Shown here piece after piece: positions 48,976 to 61,181 of a stretch of 64,000 bases of DNA. The DNA is from Octopus sinensis (lineage: Eukaryota). The translations under genes were made by a program, and so were the position numbers. The stretch lies in NCBI RefSeq assembly GCF_006345805.1, contig NC_042997.1:15748001-15812000 (forward strand). The letters are read 5' to 3'. The notes under the pieces are model-generated. The model was not told where the DNA came from. It ran no database searches and was given only the letters and a program-made list of their open reading frames with translations. Numbering within the stretch: position 1 is the stretch's first letter; each line of letters opens with the position of its first letter.

Positions 48976-49941
48976 ATCAATATAGGGTGCAAAAAATTTT
49001 TGTAGAATTTTTTGCCACCAGCGGCCTAGTGGGAAAAAATTAAATAGTCATAGACCATTTTTAAGTTCAACATCAACAATCAAGGAACGGCCATAATAGG
49101 CCATTCACCCACTAGAAATAACAGCCAAAGCTTCACCGCAAATAAAAATCAATTCCGGTAAACCAGGAGAAAATTTAAAAAACATTTACCCTGTAATTTC
49201 TTATACGATGCACCGTTTCATCTGCTGTTTAATGGTAAACTAACCTGATTAAATTAAATCAAGCCAATCTTCCATAGGCCCTCAGATCTTCTTAGTAGAA
49301 ATAGCCAAGTCGGACAGATATTTTCACGAGGCATTTCCAACCCTGCCAAGGCATATCTGACCTAAATTTTCAAATCATCGCACTCGCGCCAATTTATCGG
49401 CAGCAAATAAATAAGCCGTCGATTCCATACGGAATTAACCAGAAAATTCATAATTAATCAATAGGGTGGCAAAAAATTTTTGTAGAATTTTTTGCCACCA
49501 GCGGCCTAGTGGGAAAAATTAAATAGTCATAGACCATTTTTAAGTTCAACATCAACAATCAAGGAACGGCCATAATAGGCCATTCACCCTAAAATAAAGC
49601 CAAAGCTTCAACCGCAAATAAAAATCAATTCCGTAAACCAGGAAAATTTAAAAAACATTTACCCTTTAATTTCTTATACGATGCACCGTTTCATCTGCTG
49701 TTTAATGTAAACTAACCTGATTAAATTAAATGGAATCGACGCTTATATTTATTGCTGGCCGATAAATTTGGCGCGAGTGCGATGATTTGAAATTTTAGGT
49801 CAGATATTGCCTTGGCAGGGTCGGAAATGCCTCGTGAAAATATCTGTTCCGACTTGGCTATTTCTTACTGAAGAATCTGAGGGCCTATGGAAGATTGGCT
49901 TGATTTAATTTAATCAGGTTAGTTTACCATTAAACAGCAGA
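48975..49941 (+). repeat. ~481-bp tandem unit x1.6 plus inverted segment
   Basis: Unit starts 48975 and 49456; inversion from ~49731. Confidence 0.9.
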
Positions 49942-52415
49942 TGTAACTGAAGGAGAAAATGTAACCATTCTGTGGCACTTTCCAGTACATACAGACCGAA
50001 CCATCAAGGCCAATAAACCAGATATTGTTGTGAAAGACCAAAACAATAAAGTTTGCTTATTGATCGACATGAGCATCCCCTGTGATCATAATATCTCAGC
50101 GAAAGAGTTTGACAAGCTCAGAAAATATAAAGACCTACTCATTGAAATTGAGAAAATGTGGCATCTCAAGGCGGTTACAATACTAGTGATCGTAGGAGCA
50201 CTAGGAATGATCAAGAAGGGAACCGAAAATTATATGAGAATGATCCCTGGCTTACCATCCCTGCAAGAATGCAAAAGATGTCTTAACTGGTACATCACAC
50301 GTATTGAGAAGAGCATTGTCGATGTGAGAACTGTTGCTGCTCATGTATTTTAATTTAACTTTAAAAAAAAAAAAAAAAATGAACGAACTACTGAGTTTGG
50401 TTTAATGGCCTACCAATACACTATGAGTTTCTTTGCCCTAGGAGTCGGGAAGACACTCGGCAAGAAATGGAAGAAAATTTGAAAGAAGAAAAAAAAAAGT
50501 AATAATATAATAATAATAATAATATAATAATAATAATAATAATGCCCTGATGCAGTACCAGGCAGTGGCTCTCATGGCTTCTGATCTTAACTGATTGGAA
50601 GTGTTATCATGTACATTGTTTGGTCTTGGTATAAAAGATGGGCTACAGCAAATATTCTGCTCAATACCACAGATTTGCTTGTCAGTTGTTTGACCTTAAC
50701 CAGTTGAGCATGTCCCTTAGTGGCTGACGATATGTGCATCTCTGATCACGAGCAGAAGTAGTGGGGAGCATCATAGCCATGTGTTGAGAGGGATTCTTTG
50801 GGGTTTGAATAGTTCACCTCTGGAAACATGGGTGGTTCTTTCAACATCCTTAAGCACCCTTATTCAGGGACCGTTTTGAGTGATGGGCTACTCAACCTGA
50901 AGAAAATTCTAACTGGGCCCCACCTGCAAGGTCATGTGCTGTTTATCTTGATATGAGATCACCATGTCGCGCACATATGGTTGTGATGCATGTGCCTGGT
51001 GTACCTTTATCAGACGGGTAGTCATGATGGGTATATTGGGCTTCGTATATTTTACCCCAGTGTCACTTTGATGGCATGAACTGCTCTCTCACTCAATAAT
51101 AATAATAATAATAATAATAATGAAAATAATAATAATACCACCAGTATTATCACTTCCAGTAACATCATCATCACCACCATTACCATCTCTCCTACAACTT
51201 GAAAAATCATAACATACAAACAGCATTAAATAATGAATCATGAGACTTCAATTATTTTGTCGAGTACGGGAGACAACTCTGGACATATTTCTGTCTCATT
51301 GACTTCATCAGCGGAGCATAATCTTTGCCGTAAATATCGAAGTAGTGATGAAAGAATCATTAAAATACATAGATATAGAAGTGTGTATATTGGTTGGTAC
51401 AGAGAATAGAAACTTCAAGAGACTAAATAAAACGATGACGCAGTCGGTAAGAAAAGCAAAGGTTAAGTAAATGCTATCGTGGTTAATTCAGTAAGGATTA
51501 ACAATCTAAGAAATTCGTCGAATGTAATTAAAAAATATTATTCATTTGACTAATATTGCTTCTCTTCTTCGTTACCGGGTATTTTCTTCTCGTCAGTTTG
51601 TTTTAAATGCTATCCAATGTATTAAGTGTTAATATTTTAATTAACTATTGAAAGAAATTAAAATGATTATTAGAAATAAAATGAAATGTTAACAAACATT
51701 TATTGAGATTTAGGAGGAGGAGAAGAAGAAGAAGAAGAAGAAGAAGAAGAAGAAGAAGGAGGAGAAGAAGAAGAAGAAGAAGAAGAAGAGGAGGAAGAAG
51801 AAGAAGAGGAGGAGGAGGAGGAAGAAGAAGACGAAGAAGAAGACGAAGAAGAAGAGGAGGAGGAAGAAGAAGACGAAGAAGAAGAAGAAGAAGAAGAAGA
51901 AGAAGAAGAAATCAAAACGTGTTAAATTATAAAAAAAGATATAAGGAATAGAAAGATGTAAGATGAAGAATGCTTGACTTGACTATACAATATGTGAGAG
52001 AAAGTGTGTGTGTGTGTGTGTATGAGTGTTTGAGAATGTGTATGTATTATGAGTATGAGAGTGCGTGTGAGAGAACAAGAAACTCAAAATGAATATACCG
52101 GACATCCTATATGGTGTATAATCGGATATTGTAATGGTGTACTATTTGCTCTTAAAATCTTTTGATTGGTTGGTTACTTTACATGTAAGAAAGTTTGTTT
52201 GGGGCAAACACGAACAGACCGGAGTTAATACAAAAACAACGGCAGTTTTCTTATCATTGCTGTTATAGCATCTTCTTGATTAACACTCCCAAGTGATGGA
52301 GCATCTAAGGGGTAACTCTGCCTGCTGGAAACAGCAATGTAATTTCCATCAAATTACAACTTACTGTCTTGAAAATGGTCAGAATAATGTAAAGTGTGGT
52401 TCTAAATACACTATA

Positions 52416-52608
52416 GGCGTAGGAGTGGCTGTGTGGTAAGTAGCTTGCTTGCCAACCACATGGTTCCGGGTTCAGTCCCACTGCGTGGCACCTTGAGCAA
52501 ATATCTTCTACTATAGCCTCGGGCCGACCAAAGCCTTGTGAGTGGATTTGGTAGACGGAAACTGAAAGAAGCCCGTCGTATATATGTATATATAATATAT
52601 ATATATTT
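52416..52608 (+). mobile_element. SINE-A 5' half
   Basis: Continues after the array at 54710. Confidence 0.88.
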
Positions 52609-54707
52609 AATCAATATAGGGTGGCAAAAAAATTTTGTAGAATTTTTTTGCCACCAGCGGCGGCTAGTGGGAAAAAATTAAATAGTCATAGACCATTTTT
52701 AAGTTCAACATCAACAATCAAGGAACGGCCATAATAGGCCATTCACACCACTAAAATAACAGCCAAAGCTTCAACCGCAAATAAAAATCAATTCCGTAAC
52801 CAGGAGAAAATTTAAAAAACATTTACCCTGTAATTTCTATACGATGCACCGTTTCATCTGCTGTTTAATGGTAAACTAACCTGATTAAATTAAATCAAGC
52901 CAATCTTCCATAGGCCCTCAGATTCTTCAGTAAGAAATAGCCAGTCGGAACAGATGTTTCACGAGGCATTTCCGACCCTGCCAAGGCAATATCTGACCTA
53001 AAATTTTCAAATCATCGCACTCGCGCCAATTTATCGGCAGCAAATAAATATAAGCCGTCGATTCCATTACGGAATTAACCAGAAAATTCATAATTAATCA
53101 ATATAGGGTGGCAAAAAAATTTTGTAGAATTTTTTTGCCACCAGCGGCCTAGTGGGAAAAATTAAATAGTCATAGACCATTTTTAAGTTCAACATCAACA
53201 ATCAAGGAACGGCCATAATAGGCCATTCACCCACTAGAAATAACAGCCAAAGCTTCAACCGCAATAAAAATCAATTCCGTAAACCAGGAGAAAATTTAAA
53301 AAACATTTACCCTGTAATTTCTTATACGATGCACCGTTTCATCTGCTGTTTAATGGTAACTAACCTGATTAAATTAAATCAAGCCAATCTTCCATAGGCC
53401 CTCAGATTCTTCAGTAAGAAATAGCCATCGGAACAGATATTTTCACGAGGCATTTCCGACCCTGCCAAGGCAATATCTGACCTAAAATTTTCAAATCATC
53501 GCACTCGCGCCAAATTTATCGGCAGCAAATAAATATAAGCCGTCGATTCCATTACGGAATTAACCAGAAAATTCATAATTAATCATATAGGGTGGCAAAA
53601 AAATTTTGTAGAATTTTTTTGCCACCAGCGGCCTAGTGGGAAAAAATTAAATAGTCATAGACCATTTTTAAGTTCAACATCAACAATCAAGGAACGGCCA
53701 TAATAGGCCATTCACCCACTAGAAATAACAGCCAAAGCTTCAACCGCAATAAAAATCAATTCCGTAAACCCAGGAAAAATTTAAAAAACATTTACCCTGT
53801 AATTTCTTATACGATGTCCGTTTCATCTGCTTTTTAATGGTAAACTAACCTGATTAAATTAAATCAAGCCAATCTTCCATAGGCCCTCAGATTCTTCAGT
53901 ACGAAATGCCAAGTCGGAACAGATATTTTCACGATGCATTTCCGACCCTGCCAAGGCAATATCTGACCTAAATTTCAAATCATCGCACTCGGCCAATTTT
54001 ATATCGCAGCAAATAAATATAAGCCGTCGATTCCATTACGGAATTAACCAGAAAATTCATAATTAATCAATATAGGGTGGCAAAAAAATTTTGTAGAATT
54101 TTTTTGCCACCACGGTTTAGTGGGAAAAAATTAAATAGTCATGACCATTTTTAAGTTCAATATCACATCAAGGAAGGCCATAATAGGCCATTCACCCCCT
54201 AGAATAACAGCCAAAGCTCAATCAACCGCAAATAAAAATCAATTCCGTAAACCAGGAGAAAATTTAAAAAACATTTACCCTGTAATTTCTTATACGATGC
54301 ACCGTTTCATCTGCTGTTTAATGGTAAACTAACCTGATTAAATTAAATGGAATCGACGGCTTATATTTATTTGCTGCCGATAAATTTGGCGCGAGTGCGA
54401 TGATTTGAAAATTTTAGGTCAGATATTGCCTTGGCAGGGTCGGAAATGCCTCGTGAAAATATCTGTTCCGACTTGGCTATTTCTTACTGAAGAATCTGAG
54501 GGCCTATGGAAGATTGGCTTGATTTAATTTAATCAGGTTAGTTTACCATTAAACAGCAGATGAAACGGTGCATCGTATAAGAAATTACAGGGTAAATGTT
54601 TTTTAAATTTTCTCCTGGTTTACGGAATTGATTTTTATTTGCGGTTGAAGCTTTGGCTGTTATTTCTAGTGGGTGAATGGCCTATTATGGCCGTTCCTTG
54701 ATTGTTG

Positions 54708-54709
<2 letters not shown>
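52609..54709 (+). repeat. ~484-bp tandem array (3.6 units) plus terminal inverted segment
   Basis: Unit starts 52609, 53096, 53581, 54065; inverted part 54348-54709; each unit opens with a 15-bp-stem hairpin. Confidence 0.92.
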
Positions 54710-54738
<29 letters not shown>

Positions 54739-55160
54739 CATATGTTTGTGTATCTGTGTTTGTCCCCCACCATCGCTTGACAACCGATGCTGGTGTGTTT
54801 ACGTCCCCGTAACTTAGCGGTTCGGCAAAAGACACCTTGGGCAAGTGTCTTCTACTATAGCCTTGGGCCGACCAAAGCCTTGTGAGTGGATTTGGTAGAC
54901 GGAAACTAAAAGAAGCCCGTCGTATATATGTATATATATATATGTGTTTGTGTGTCTGTGCTTGTACCCCCAACATCGCTTGACAACCGATGCTGGTGTG
55001 TTTACGTCCCCGTAACTTAGCGGTTCGGCAAAAGAGATCGATAGAATAAGTACTAGGTTTACAAAGAATCAGTCTTGGGGTCGATTTGCTCGACTAAAAA
55101 AGGCGGTGCTCCAGCATGGCCACAGTCAAATGACTGAAACAAGTAAAAGAGTAAAGAGTA
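54710..55160 (+). mobile_element. SINE-A 3' part plus a second headless SINE-A
   Basis: Partial tail 54710-54832, restart at CACCTTGGGCAAG (54833). Confidence 0.85.
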
Positions 55161-56087
55161 TCAGTGAAAAGTTGGCCTCTGTTCCTCGGAGCTAACTACT
55201 CTTGTACCTCCCTCACTCAGGCACACCTGCTTGTCTCTCCTCCTCCCATCACCTTTCTTGTGTCCATCCCACTCTGACTCCGACACCCACTCTGACATTA
55301 ATTACAATTCCCAGTTCTTCTGCCTCGTGAAATCGGCCTTCTGGAATTTCAGCTGAGCTCATGTTTTACTGCAGGTTCCGACACGTAGAAGTTCAAACGG
55401 AACATGAAATACATAAATTTCATCGGGCTTAGAAGGCCTGGAAAGGTCATCGACACTCCTCCATCCACCAGGCGTTACAAATAAGGAAGACAAAAATAAA
55501 GAGATGGTCATGGTTGGTATGTCTTTGAACATTGGTCTGCTCTAACTGGGCTGACACAGAACCTAGCTACAACAAATCTCGCCGAGGTTATTTTTACATT
55601 TCATCCTTCCATGGTCGATAAATGAAGTGCTAGTCTAGGGCGGATGTCTTCCAGTCTTTGTTCTGAATAATTGCATTCTGGGTTCAAATTCTACCCTAGT
55701 CTATTTGACTGGTACACTCAATCCGCCATCCAGCCTAATACAATCACCTGTCAGCGTGGGCGCCATTACCGGAACCTATTCAGTTGCCAGTATTCAGAGC
55801 AGGCATCCTGTTTGAGGTCACCTTCAAACGGTCACGGAGGCCGTTTAAGAACCTCCGACACTGACGGAAGGAATGCCTCACTCCCCCACTGAATAACCGA
55901 TATTTAAAAAGGAAGAAAAAAAAAACCAAACAATAGAAATCTTTCCGCGATGGCAAGACTTACCAACATTAGTAGCAAATTTCCTTCTCAAAAGATGGCT
56001 TTTTTCTTTTTTAGTGGAGTGAGGTTTAATGGCATAGGGGCGCAATTCTAGTTACCATTTGTTGATGGTATATCTTTGATCATGAAA

Positions 56088-56318
56088 GGCGGTGAACTGG
56101 CAGAGTCGTTAGCACGCCGGACGAAATGCATAGCCGTATTTCGTCTGTCGTTACGTTCTGAGTTCAAATTCCGCCGAGGTCGACTTTGCCTTTCATCCTT
56201 ACGGGGTCGATAAATTAAGTACCAGTAACGCACTGGGGTTGATGTAATCGACTTAATCCGTTTGTCTGTCCTTGTTTGTCCTCTCTGTGTTTAGCCCCTT
56301 GTGGGTAGTAAAGAAGTA
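56088..56318 (+). mobile_element. SINE-B (tail 1) with 17-bp TSD
   Basis: TSD GGTATATCTTTGATCAT at 56067-56083 and 56319-56335. Confidence 0.92.
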
Positions 56319-56609
56319 GGTATATCTTTGATCATATGTCTGCACAGTCAGGTGTTGTTCTCTTGGAGCTAAACAACTATAAACACAGCAATAACAACAA
56401 CAACAACAACACTATACACTAAAACCCTAAGAGATACATTTCATTTAGAAATTTGTAGGTTACATGGTTGTGTTTGTGTAAAAGAAAAAAATAGAGACAA
56501 AGAGAAAGAAGGAATAACATCATTATCATCATCGTCATCATCATATCATCAACAACAGCAACATCAACAAGAACAACAACAACAACGCCATCACTACCAA
56601 CAACAGTTG

Positions 56610-56808
56610 GGTGTGGAAGCGCAATGGCTTAGTGGTTAGGGCAGCGGACTCGTGGTCGTAAGAACGCCGTTTCGATTCCCAGACCGGGCATTGTGAGTGT
56701 TTATTGAACAAAAAAAACCTAAGCTCCACGTGGCTCCGGCGGGTGGGGGTGGGATAAACTCCGCTGTACTCTTTCACCACAACTTTCTCTCACTCTTTCT
56801 TCCTACTT
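56610..56808 (+). mobile_element. SINE-C 5' half
   Basis: Head and core only. Confidence 0.8.
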
Positions 56809-57314
56809 CTGCCACAAAGCAGAGGAACCATGGTGTAACTCATTATGGTGAGGTAAACTTTCAGACCCTGGTCTCGATTGTGAATCCTCTGTACCCCATG
56901 ATGGTCCAGCTCTCCACCCGTTGAAAGCCATCGTTTACGGAATGAGGATAACAACGTAGCTTTCGCGCCCGTGCAACCGCCTGTCTATCGCGTGTGGTGG
57001 GTGGATCTTCAAGTTGCCACACGCATTCTTAGTAGCTACGAGTAGGCTCGAATTAGAGATTATCCTTTGTGGCTAATGGCGTGAGTCTCGATTGGAAGAA
57101 GAAGAAGAAGAAGAAGAAGAAGAAGAAGAAGAAGAAGAAGAAGACAACAGCTGGGTTGCAAATGAGATATGTTTTGACCAGGAGACATTTAAAGGATTTC
57201 ACTATTTGTAGCTAAATCCCCTCAAATATAGCAACTACATCCCTTCAAATCACATTTCACTGTCGTAAATAAAGATCACACACATTAAATAATCTTGTTC
57301 TAGGCATTACTGAA

Positions 57315-57700
57315 AAGACAGGATGGCCGAGGTTGGAATTCTTTTGGTTATGTACGTCTGTCGGGTCAGAGTCGACTTGGGGTTAAATAGCAACAGCTAT
57401 TACAACAAAACAAATGGCGAAAATACTCGATAATAGGAGAAAAAGACAAGATAGCCACAGCTGAGAATCTCTTGACCATATAGGACAACCGCCGAATCAG
57501 GATTGACCTAGGGTTAAACAACAGCTATTGAATCAATCCTTTCATTTTAAACACTATTTAACTTGATCTACATTACAAGACAAACTGTGATAGTATTTTT
57601 AAAAAAACACACACACACACAAGATAGACACAGTTGGAAATCCTTTGATCATATAGAGGCGCTAGATCAGGATTGACCCAGGGTTAAAAAACAACAACAG
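57315..57700 (+). repeat. Three decayed copies of a ~85-bp element ending in (CAA)n
   Basis: GACA.GAT.GCC...GGAA...TTGA.CATA...AATCAGGATTGACC.AGGGTTAAA-CAACAGC at ~57315, 57445, 57622; related pieces at ~55500 and ~56330. Confidence 0.6.
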
Positions 57701-57847
57701 CAGCAGTAGCAGCAGCTATTGAATCATTGCTTTAACTCGTATTAAACTTGGCCTACATAAAGACGACGGAATAATAATAAAAATTAAAAAAAACAAACAC
57801 TAAATTCCAGATTAGGCAATGAATAATTAACCTAGAAATTTTCACAT

Positions 57848-58342
57848 CTTTCTTCTTCTTCCTCCTCTTTTCTTCTTCTTCTTCTTCTTCTTCTTCTTCT
57901 TTTTCTTCTTCTTCTTCTTCTCTTTTCTTCTTCTTTTTCTTCTTCTCTTTTTTTCTTCTTCTTTTTTCTTCGTCTTTCTTCTTCTTCTTTTTCTTCTTCT
58001 TCCTCCTCTTTTCTTCTTCTTTTTCTTCTTCTTCTTCTTCTTCTTCTTCTTCTTCTTCTTCTCAGTTACTACTACTACTACTCTACTACTACTACTACTA
58101 CTATACTACTAATAATAATAATAATAATAATAATAATAGTAGTAGTAATAATAATAGTAGTAGTAGTAGTAGTAAAGGTGGAAGGGGTAGTGGTAATAAT
58201 AGAAGGAATTGTGATGGTGGGAGTAGTGGTAGTGATGGTTGTAAAGTCATTAATTAGACGATAATTATTACTATTTAAAAATAAAAGAAATTATTATTAT
58301 TATTATCATCATCATCATCATCAGTAGTCGTAGTAGTAGTAA

Positions 58343-58378
<36 letters not shown>

Positions 58379-58400
58379 CAGCAGCACAGCAGCAGCAGCT
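57848..58400. repeat. (TTC)n/(CTA)n/(TAA)n/(TAG)n compound microsatellite
   Basis: Direct reading. Confidence 0.9.
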
Positions 58401-58584
58401 GTAGTACTGGTAGTAATCGTAATAGTAGTCGTGGTTGTTATTGTGGAGCTACTTACGACTGCAACAGCTGTTTTTGTGAACCAATATCGTGATATAAGTG
58501 TGTGTGTGAACGTACGTGTATGCGCGCGCGAGTGTGTAGCTGTGGGTGTGCGTGCGTATGTGTGTCTGTGTGTATGTGTGCGCG

Positions 58585-58623
<39 letters not shown>

Positions 58624-58869
58624 TCTATCTGAGTGTATGTTTTTATTGTTGTGCATTTATGTAAGTGTAATTGGCATATGTGGGCTTCCAATTGAGTGGA
58701 TACATACGAACTCACACAAACACACACACATACACACATATGTACGCATATACCTACATACACATATATGTATAATATTCCAACGCCTTTGTCCAATATG
58801 GAGATCGAAGACTGTCAGCAAGGAGATAAAGCTTCAGTTGAACACGTGTTGTTATCCTAAAAGGCATGT

Positions 58870-59280
58870 AGGCTTGTAAAACCTAGAAGACAGCGAAGAT
58901 TTCTCAACTGTAGGAAGTATTCCAGCGATGATGCCTACATACAAAGCTGGTCATCTCTCACCTTGACAGAGTGAGAGACTAAGAAGTAACGGGACGAGCT
59001 GGAATGAAAAGTTTACGGGCCATGGTGGCCAAGCGGCGAATGCGGTTTACTGGCCATGTGCTTCGATGACCGCCGGAAGGACATCCTACCATCGTGATGA
59101 AATGACGTCGCACGAAGGGGGGAAAAACGAGCGATGTGGGGGCCAAAGGAGATATGGAACAATACACTTCGGTTGGAGCTAAGAGGAATGCGAGCAATCG
59201 AGATGTTTGGTTAAGGCTCGTGGCCCCTTGTGCTGACAACACTGGAAGGCCAAAGAGCTAAGAGAGAGAGAGAGAGAGAT
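58870..59280 (+). mobile_element. Decayed RTE-type LINE 3' end with (GA)n tail
   Basis: RAGMKSLRAMVAKRRMRFTGHVLR and NRDVWLRLVAPCADNTGRPKS*. Confidence 0.7.
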
Positions 59281-59311
59281 ACATGTATGTATATCACTGG
59301 TGAATTAACAC

Positions 59312-59730
59312 TTTTCTACGCCAGGCACAAAACCCGAAATTTTGGGGGAGGGGGCCAGTCGATTAGATCAACCCCAGTACGCAACTGGTACTTAATTTAT
59401 TGATCCCGAAAGGATTAAAGGCAAAGTCGACCTCGGCGGAATTTGAAGTCAAAACATAAAGACAGACGAAATACTGCTAAGCATTTCGCCCGGCGTGCTA
59501 ACGTTTCTTATTTCTTTATTGCCCACAAGGGGCTAAACATAGAGGGGACAAACAAGGACAGATAAACGGATTAAGTCGATTACATCGACCCCAGTGCGTA
59601 AGTGGTACTTAATTTATCGACCCCGAAAGGATGAAAGGCAAAGTCGGCCTCGACGGAATTTGAACTCAGAACATAAAGACAGACGAAATCCTGCTAAGCA
59701 TTTCGCCCGGCGTGCTAACGTTCTGCCGCC
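59312..59730 (-). mobile_element. SINE-B dimer (tail 1 unit joined to tail 2 unit)
   Basis: Two cores; junction near 59505. Confidence 0.85.
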
Positions 59731-59949
59731 TTAAAATATGCATCCTTGCTATCAATACACAGACACTCCTGCATGAAGTCTTCTTCTAAGTTTCCCTGAA
59801 ACTACACTGAGTATCCGTGTGTTTTGCAATTCTAGATTAACTTGGCAGTTATCTCAGATCAGCAGCATCCGCTTTTACACGAGGGAAAGTACCAGGCAGT
59901 CATTTGGCTCTTTGCCGCCTGCTCAATCTCCTTCATAACAAAGACATTA

Positions 59950-60358
59950 ATCCTTTCTATGACAGGCACACGGCCTGAAACTTTAGGGAAGGGGGCTAAT
60001 CGATTTCATCGGTCCCAGTGCGTGACTGGTGGCGAGCTGGCAGAAACGTTAGCACGCCGGATGAAATGCTTAGCAGTATTTCGTCTGTCGTTACGTTGTG
60101 AGTTCAAATTCCGCCGAGGTTGACTTTGCCTTTCATCCTTTCGGGGTCGATAAATTAAGTACCAGTTCCGCACTGAGGACGATGTAATCGACTTAATACC
60201 TATGTCTGTCCTTGTTTGTCCCCTCTATGTTTAGCCCCTAGTGGGTAATAAAGAAATAGGTACTTATTTCATTGACACCCCACCTCAGAACGTAAGGAGG
60301 AACGAAATGCCGCTAAGCATTTGATTGGGTGTGCTAACGATTCTGCTAGTTCGCCGCG
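59950..60358. mobile_element. Plus-strand SINE-B (60030-60258) inserted into a minus-strand SINE-B
   Basis: Host reads GACTGGT | insert | GGTACTTATTTC. Confidence 0.8.
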
Positions 60359-60461
60359 AAGATAGTAATACTAAGAAATGTACACCCCTAACGTTGCCGT
60401 AAAGCTTTCTTGCAATTTAGATCTTGGATTTGGTTTTAAAATGTTTGAAGGCGATGTGGAG

Positions 60462-60762
60462 CAGTGGTTCTCAAACATTTTTGGGTTGGTTGTCACCCGC
60501 TGGCACCTCGGCTGCGTTCCTAACGCCTCCACCCCCATCCCCTCACCACCACAAACATAGACCACTTTCTGTAGCAAATTCAGAAAAAACGCAGGAGTGG
60601 CTGTGTGGTAAGTAGCTTGCTAACCAACCACATGGTTGCGGGTTCAGTCCCACTGCGTGGCATCTTGGGCAAGTGTCTTCTGCTATAGCCCCGGGCCGAC
60701 CAATGCCTTGTGAGTGGATTTGGTAGACGGAAACTGAAAGAAGCCTGTCGTATATATGTATG

Positions 60763-60799
<37 letters not shown>

Positions 60800-61181
60800 T
60801 TGTGTGTCTGTGTTTGTCCCCCTAGCATTGCTTGACAACCGATGCTGGTGTGTCTACGTCCCCGCCACTTAGCGGTTCGGCAAAAGAGAGACCGATAGAA
60901 TAAGTACTGGGGTTACAAAGAATAAGTTCCGGGGTCGATTTGATCGACTAAAGGCGGTGCTCTCCAGCATGGCCGCAGTCAAATGACTGAAACAAGTAAA
61001 AGAGTAAAAGAGTAAGAGTAAAAAACAGTATTTAACAAATAAAACTTGACCCATTATTTTGTTGTTCTTAGATTCATCACCTTCCTTTGGTCATCCCATT
61101 ATTGCCTCACTTTTCTTCAATGCCCCCCCCCCGGATGTTTCCACCCCCCCCCGGCAGTACCGCCCACTTTCGGAACCACTG
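60462..61181. mobile_element. hAT (Charlie-like) MITE containing a SINE-A
   Basis: TIRs CAGTGGTTCTCAAA and TTTCGGAACCACTG; TSD ATGTGGAG (60454-60461) / ATGTAGAG (61182-61189), matching the 8-bp central-TA pattern. Confidence 0.8.

Larger units (their letters stand above)
46300..54561 (+). repeat. Tandem segmental duplication: 46300-49941 and 49942-54561
   Basis: TGTAACTGAAGGAGAAAATG restarts at 49942; identical order of R4 end, repeats, (GAA)n, SINE-A head and 484-bp array. Confidence 0.92.

Noticed and set aside
52609-54709. CRISPR array, or a coding sequence in an alternative genetic code
   Set aside because: Units are ~484 bp with no unique spacers and no cas genes. The frames I translated contain mixed TAA/TAG/TGA stops and no recognisable motifs.
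56810-57145. GC-richer segment ending in (GAA)n as a LINE 3' end or exon
   Set aside because: No recognisable protein motif, TSD or splice pair.
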